Below are positions 60,442-64,000 of a stretch of DNA of 64,000 bases, one piece after another. The stretch spans positions 5,802 through 69,801 of the forward strand of contig JAGGXD010000186.1 of the NCBI GenBank assembly GCA_021163295.1, written 5' to 3'. A program made the position numbers and the translations under genes. Position 1 is the first letter of the stretch. Each line of letters opens with the position of its first letter. Under the pieces are notes generated by a model. It worked only from the letters and a program-made list of their open reading frames with translations. It did not search any database and was not told the DNA's origin. Source of the stretch: Bacteroidales bacterium (GTDB lineage Bacteria > Bacteroidota > Bacteroidia > Bacteroidales > VadinHA17).

Positions 60442-62577
60442 TCAAAATGAATTCTGCTTATTATAACTAAAAATACAGGGACCATCATCTCTTATACGGT
60501 AACAGGAAAAATTGTTTCTGTCACATTCTTCCTGAAGCAAACGAGATTTCCATTCAGGTATTACAGAGCTTATTATTACCTTATTAAAGGCTATTCCTTT
60601 CTTTATATTACTAATATTTATACCATCAGGATTTGAATAAATAAGATAATCAACATTTACCTTTTTACTATCGTTAAAAACATTTTGAAGACTATCAGAA
60701 TAAATGAAAAAACGCAAATTATGATAACTTACAAATCCTTTATTAAGGAAAAGAGAGTTGTTGCAAAATATTGTCCTGCCTTTCGAAACAGATGCCAATG
60801 AAAACATAACTGCTTTTTTAATACCTGAAGCAATCATATGATTTTCAGTATAATAGTTAAGCTGATTTTCCATGTTTTTTTCACCGGCATCATGAACCAT
60901 ATAACTTGTTCTGCCATTAATAAAATTTATTGCTGTAACACCCTTGATATTGTATAATACAACACTTTTTTGACTAAGCATTCCGTACAGCTGATACAGG
61001 TTTATTGATAATAAAAGTAAAACAGAACCAAGTACCGGCAGGAAAAATGCACCTTTTTTTCGAATTAAAAATAAGCTTGTAAAAATTACGATACAATAAA
61101 GAGTTAAACTCTCTGCCTCGGAAATATTGATTCCGTCAATTATTGATAATGGAAATTCTCTTATTGTCTCTACACTAACATTCATTCCACTTATTAATAA
61201 TGCCTGCGCTTTCCCAATAAATCCGGCAATAATTGGTTGGAATGAAAATATAAAAAACAAGAATCCAAAATAAAGTATCAATGTTGCTAAAGGAATTACA
61301 ATAATATTGGTAAGCCAGAAATAAACAGGGAATTGATGAAAATAATATAAACTCAGAGGAAATGTAGCCAGTTGGGCAGCAATGGATACTGCAACCAAAC
61401 CTGATATTTTATCAACTAGCCATAACCTGCTACGCATAAGATTATGCAAACGTGGTTGAAGAATAACAATCCCTAAAACAGCACAATAAGACAACTGGAA
61501 TCCAACATTAAAAATCAGTGTAGGATTAATGAACAAGAGTATAAATGCGGAGATTGCCAGAGAGTTATATACGCTGGAATAACGACTAAGAGACTGGCCT
61601 ATAAGAACAAACGAGAACATTGTGCTTGCACGTAATACCGACGGGGATAACCCCGTTAATAAAGCAAAAAACCATAAAGCAGCCATAATAACCAGTACCA
61701 AAATAATTTTTCCCCAACGCCTTCTTTTGAGAAATGATAAAGAATAGAATAATACAATATATAATATACCTATATGTAAACCGCTTATTGCAAGAATATG
61801 TACTACACCGGAAACCCTGTACGATTGCTTAATTTCGTCCCCCAATTTTTCTCTAAGTCCCAAAGTAAGGGCTCCTGCAACCTCCAGCACATCACCCTTC
61901 AAACCATATTCCCTGTATTTCAGAAACAAATGATTCTGCATCTTCACCCCCACGAGAAGCAATGGACTTCCTTTATTCTCTCCTGTCTTTTTCCAACTTC
62001 CTGTTTCAAGAAATATTTGTTTATATACACTGTGCCGGTGCATATATTTTTTGTAGTTGAACTCATATGGATTCCCGTTAAAAGGTATCTCGCTGAAGGA
62101 GGCAATAAAAATCACCCTGTTACCCGGAATAAGTTTTGCCGAATTATCATCTTTCCGAAAATAAATTAAACACCTCCCTCTTGTTTGCTTCCAACTCCCC
62201 TGATCCTTTACTGCTCTTACCCTGGCAATTGCCTTGTAAGTGTTTGGTTTTTCCTCAGGAAACTCTACTAAATCTGCTATTATCAGATTTTCCCCATTCA
62301 GGTAATCCCTGTAATCAGGAGCTGATCTTTTTAATTCAACAACTAATAATCCGGATACAAACAAGATTAGCTGAAGTAAAATTCCGTATATCCATTCATG
62401 TGAAAATTTTGATGAAACTTTTAAGATCAGGTCGGCACCAATAACTATTAATAGAAATATAAACACAACAATCAGAAAATTTCTTTCTAACTGAGTTGCA
62501 AACCCTAATAATATTCCTAAACTAAACGGCAATAAAAGCCTCAGGAAAGGTACTTCGCTATAAAAACGGTTTAGCAT
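60442..62577 (-). CDS. comEC: ComEC/Rec2-family membrane protein
   Basis: 711 aa. N-terminal DUF4131-like OB region, then the polytopic competence domain (VSGVVHILAISGLHIGIL). No HxHxDH metallo-beta-lactamase motif is visible in the C-terminal ~200 aa. Confidence 0.8.
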   Translation of the reverse strand: MLNRFYSEVPFLRLLLPFSLGILLGFATQLERNFLIVVFIFLLIVIGADLILKVSSKFSHEWIYGILLQLILFVSGLLVVELKRSAPDYRDYLNGENLIIADLVEFPEEKPNTYKAIARVRAVKDQGSWKQTRGRCLIYFRKDDNSAKLIPGNRVIFIASFSEIPFNGNPYEFNYKKYMHRHSVYKQIFLETGSWKKTGENKGSPLLLVGVKMQNHLFLKYREYGLKGDVLEVAGALTLGLREKLGDEIKQSYRVSGVVHILAISGLHIGILYIVLFYSLSFLKRRRWGKIILVLVIMAALWFFALLTGLSPSVLRASTMFSFVLIGQSLSRYSSVYNSLAISAFILLFINPTLIFNVGFQLSYCAVLGIVILQPRLHNLMRSRLWLVDKISGLVAVSIAAQLATFPLSLYYFHQFPVYFWLTNIIVIPLATLILYFGFLFFIFSFQPIIAGFIGKAQALLISGMNVSVETIREFPLSIIDGINISEAESLTLYCIVIFTSLFLIRKKGAFFLPVLGSVLLLLSINLYQLYGMLSQKSVVLYNIKGVTAINFINGRTSYMVHDAGEKNMENQLNYYTENHMIASGIKKAVMFSLASVSKGRTIFCNNSLFLNKGFVSYHNLRFFIYSDSLQNVFNDSKKVNVDYLIYSNPDGINISNIKKGIAFNKVIISSVIPEWKSRLLQEECDRNNFSCYRIRDDGPCIFSYNKQNSF

Positions 62578-62585
62578 TCAGACTG

Positions 62586-62613
62586 GTTACTTGTTGCTGG
62601 TTACTGGTTACTT
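62586..62613. repeat. Heptad array GTTACTT GTTGCTG GTTACTG GTTACTT spanning the def stop codon and the def-comEC spacer
   Basis: Read directly. On the coding (minus) strand it reads AAGTAAC CAGTAAC CAGCAAC AAGTAAC. The first TAA is the def stop. Confidence 0.85.
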
Positions 62614-63180
62614 ACTTCTTACCCTCTTCCCTGGAAGAACTGTTTTATAATCAACATCGAATTTCCCTTTTGAAATTCCATTTAGTTTATTTTTCAAAAG
62701 GCGTTTTTTTAAAGAAGCCAGATGATCAGTAAATAAAATACCATCCAGGTGATCATATTCATGCTGGATAATTCTTGAAAGTATTCCGTCATACCATTCA
62801 TCATAAAAATTAAAATCCCCATCATAGTATGATATCCTTATCTTTGATTCCCGTGATACATCTTCCCTGATTCCGGGAATACTAAGGCATCCTTCATTAA
62901 AAGGAGTAATCTCACCGATTCTTTCAATAATCGATGGATTGATAAATACTTTCTTAAAATCCTTAAGTAAAGGATCTTCATCCTTAAGGGTGGAAGTATC
63001 GACAATAAATAACCGAACAGATTTGCCCACTTGTGGAGATGCCAGTCCAATTCCGTCAGAATCATCCATTGTCTCAAACATATCGGCTATAAATTGTTTC
63101 AGATCCTTGTAATCCTTATCAATAATACCCGTTACTTTTCTTAATACCGGGTGTCCATATACATATATTGGAAAAACCAT
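62608..63180 (-). CDS. def: Peptide deformylase
   Basis: GIGLASPQVG, EGCLSIPG and QHEYDHLDG motifs are present. Start set at the ATG at 63180 (MVFPIYVYGHPVLRK). The longer track ORF overlaps ruvX. Confidence 0.9.
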   Translation of the reverse strand: MVFPIYVYGHPVLRKVTGIIDKDYKDLKQFIADMFETMDDSDGIGLASPQVGKSVRLFIVDTSTLKDEDPLLKDFKKVFINPSIIERIGEITPFNEGCLSIPGIREDVSRESKIRISYYDGDFNFYDEWYDGILSRIIQHEYDHLDGILFTDHLASLKKRLLKNKLNGISKGKFDVDYKTVLPGKRVRSK

Positions 63181-63184
63181 AATT

Positions 63185-63607
63185 TTAAGTGTTAGCAGCT
63201 TTTTGGTCAAGAAATGACTGCAGGATAATTGCTGCAGATATCTTGTCAACATTTGCTTTATCTCTGCGTTTTTGTTTTTTCATACCACCTAAAACCATCG
63301 CCTGCACAGCCATTTTGGAAGTAAACCGTTCATCAACCAGGAAAACCGGAATATCTGAATATTTCTTTTCAAGATATCTTACAAAGGGATTTATATATCT
63401 CACTGCTTCAGATGGTTCATTATTCATCTGGCGTGGATAACCGATAACAAACCCCTCAATATCTTCATCTGCCATATATGATTCAATAAATGAATGCAGA
63501 TCGTTTGTTAAAACTGTAGTAAACGGACTGGCAATTGTTTTTGTTGGGTCACATACAGCTAAACCGGTTCTTTTTTCCCCATAATCTATTCCTAAATACC
63601 TTCCCAA
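63185..63607 (-). CDS. ruvX: Putative pre-16S rRNA nuclease / Holliday junction resolvase-like YqgF
   Basis: 140 aa. YLGIDYGEKRTGLAV, VIGYP and DERFTS are YqgF signatures. TTG start. Confidence 0.85.
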   Translation of the reverse strand: MGRYLGIDYGEKRTGLAVCDPTKTIASPFTTVLTNDLHSFIESYMADEDIEGFVIGYPRQMNNEPSEAVRYINPFVRYLEKKYSDIPVFLVDERFTSKMAVQAMVLGGMKKQKRRDKANVDKISAAIILQSFLDQKAANT

Positions 63608-63625
63608 ACCATAGATTTATATTAT

Positions 63626-63718
63626 TACTCAATTAATTCATTTGTAACTACTCACCTTACGCATTTCTTATTTCTTCATTCTTTCAAAATGTTACGAGTT
63701 TCGGGTTATGAGTTCATT
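63626..63718. repeat. Composite word array: octads (TACTCAAT TAATTCAT...TACGCATT TCTTATTT CTTCATTC) followed by heptads GTTACGA GTTTCGG GTTATGA GTTCATT
   Basis: Read directly. The octad part is related to 43945-44003 and the heptad part to 30788-30822. Confidence 0.85.
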
Positions 63719-63765
63719 TAAGCATTTAATCATTGTTATGCAAATATAATAAAAATCATATTGTT

Positions 63766-63796
63766 AAAAAAAAAGGGCGGCAATGCCACCCTTTTT
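63766..63796 (-). terminator. Rho-independent terminator of the PFOR gene
   Basis: Hairpin GGGCGGC-AAT-GCCACCC (63775-63791, one mismatch). On the minus strand it is followed by a T9 run (63774-63766). Confidence 0.7.
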
Positions 63797-63814
63797 AAAG
63801 CAACAAAAATTATA

Positions 63815-64000
63815 TTACTTAGAATAACTGGTATCTGCCATGCGCTTGTAGTAGTTATATCTCCACTTAGCGTTCTCTTTAGCCGCTTTGAACAAAACTT
63901 TTGCTTCATCGGGAAACGACTTTACCAGTGAGGCAAATCTAACTTCTCCATTAAGGAAATCCTGGAATTTATCCCAGTCAGGTTCTTTCGAATCCATTAC
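63815..64000 (-). CDS. Pyruvate:ferredoxin (flavodoxin) oxidoreductase, C-terminal end only (gene continues beyond window end)
   Basis: The C-terminal peptide ...FLNGEVRFASLVKSFPDEAKVLFKAAKENAKWRYNYYKRMA resembles the conserved C-terminus of NifJ/PFOR. The reading frame stays open to the window edge. Confidence 0.65.
   Translation of the reverse strand, partial: VMDSKEPDWDKFQDFLNGEVRFASLVKSFPDEAKVLFKAAKENAKWRYNYYKRMADTSYSK

Overview
64-kb chromosomal segment of an AT-rich, Bacteroidota-type genome. The lineage call rests on a T9SS C-terminal sorting domain, a PorT-like gene, TTTG/TAnnTTTG promoters, DUF3467 after rpoC, and overall gene content. Most of the window is core housekeeping. The minus strand carries the classical tRNA(Thr-Tyr-Gly-Thr)-tuf-tRNA(Trp)-secE-nusG-rplKAJL-rpoBC superoperon, followed by DUF3467, etfBA, a membrane Fe-S (CCG) oxidoreductase and an acyl-CoA dehydrogenase. 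Also present are hpf, a xerC-like recombinase, rpsU, two Na+ symporters, an Omp85 protein, ubiE/menG, gap, aconitase, miaA, a small glycosylation/sugar-activation cluster, SRP RNA, tsaC, trkAH, comEC, def, ruvX and the 3' end of a PFOR gene. Two regions look accessory: a run of secreted/T9SS proteins (33.8-42.4 kb) and a BlaI/BlaR1 module whose sensor is replaced by two TonB C-terminal domains (47.9-50.0 kb). I found no CRISPR array, transposase, prophage, toxin-antitoxin pair or recognisable defence system, and no convincing novel multi-gene protein system. The most unusual signal is non-coding. About a dozen intergenic spacers, often starting in or just after a stop codon, are built from degenerate tandem 7- or 8-nt words. 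The word families recur at unlinked loci, some form long imperfect hairpins, and several place stop codons in all three frames. I do not recognise this as a described repeat class, but from a single window I cannot exclude simple slippage-generated low complexity. All protein calls come from reading the translated ORFs by eye; no database search was run.
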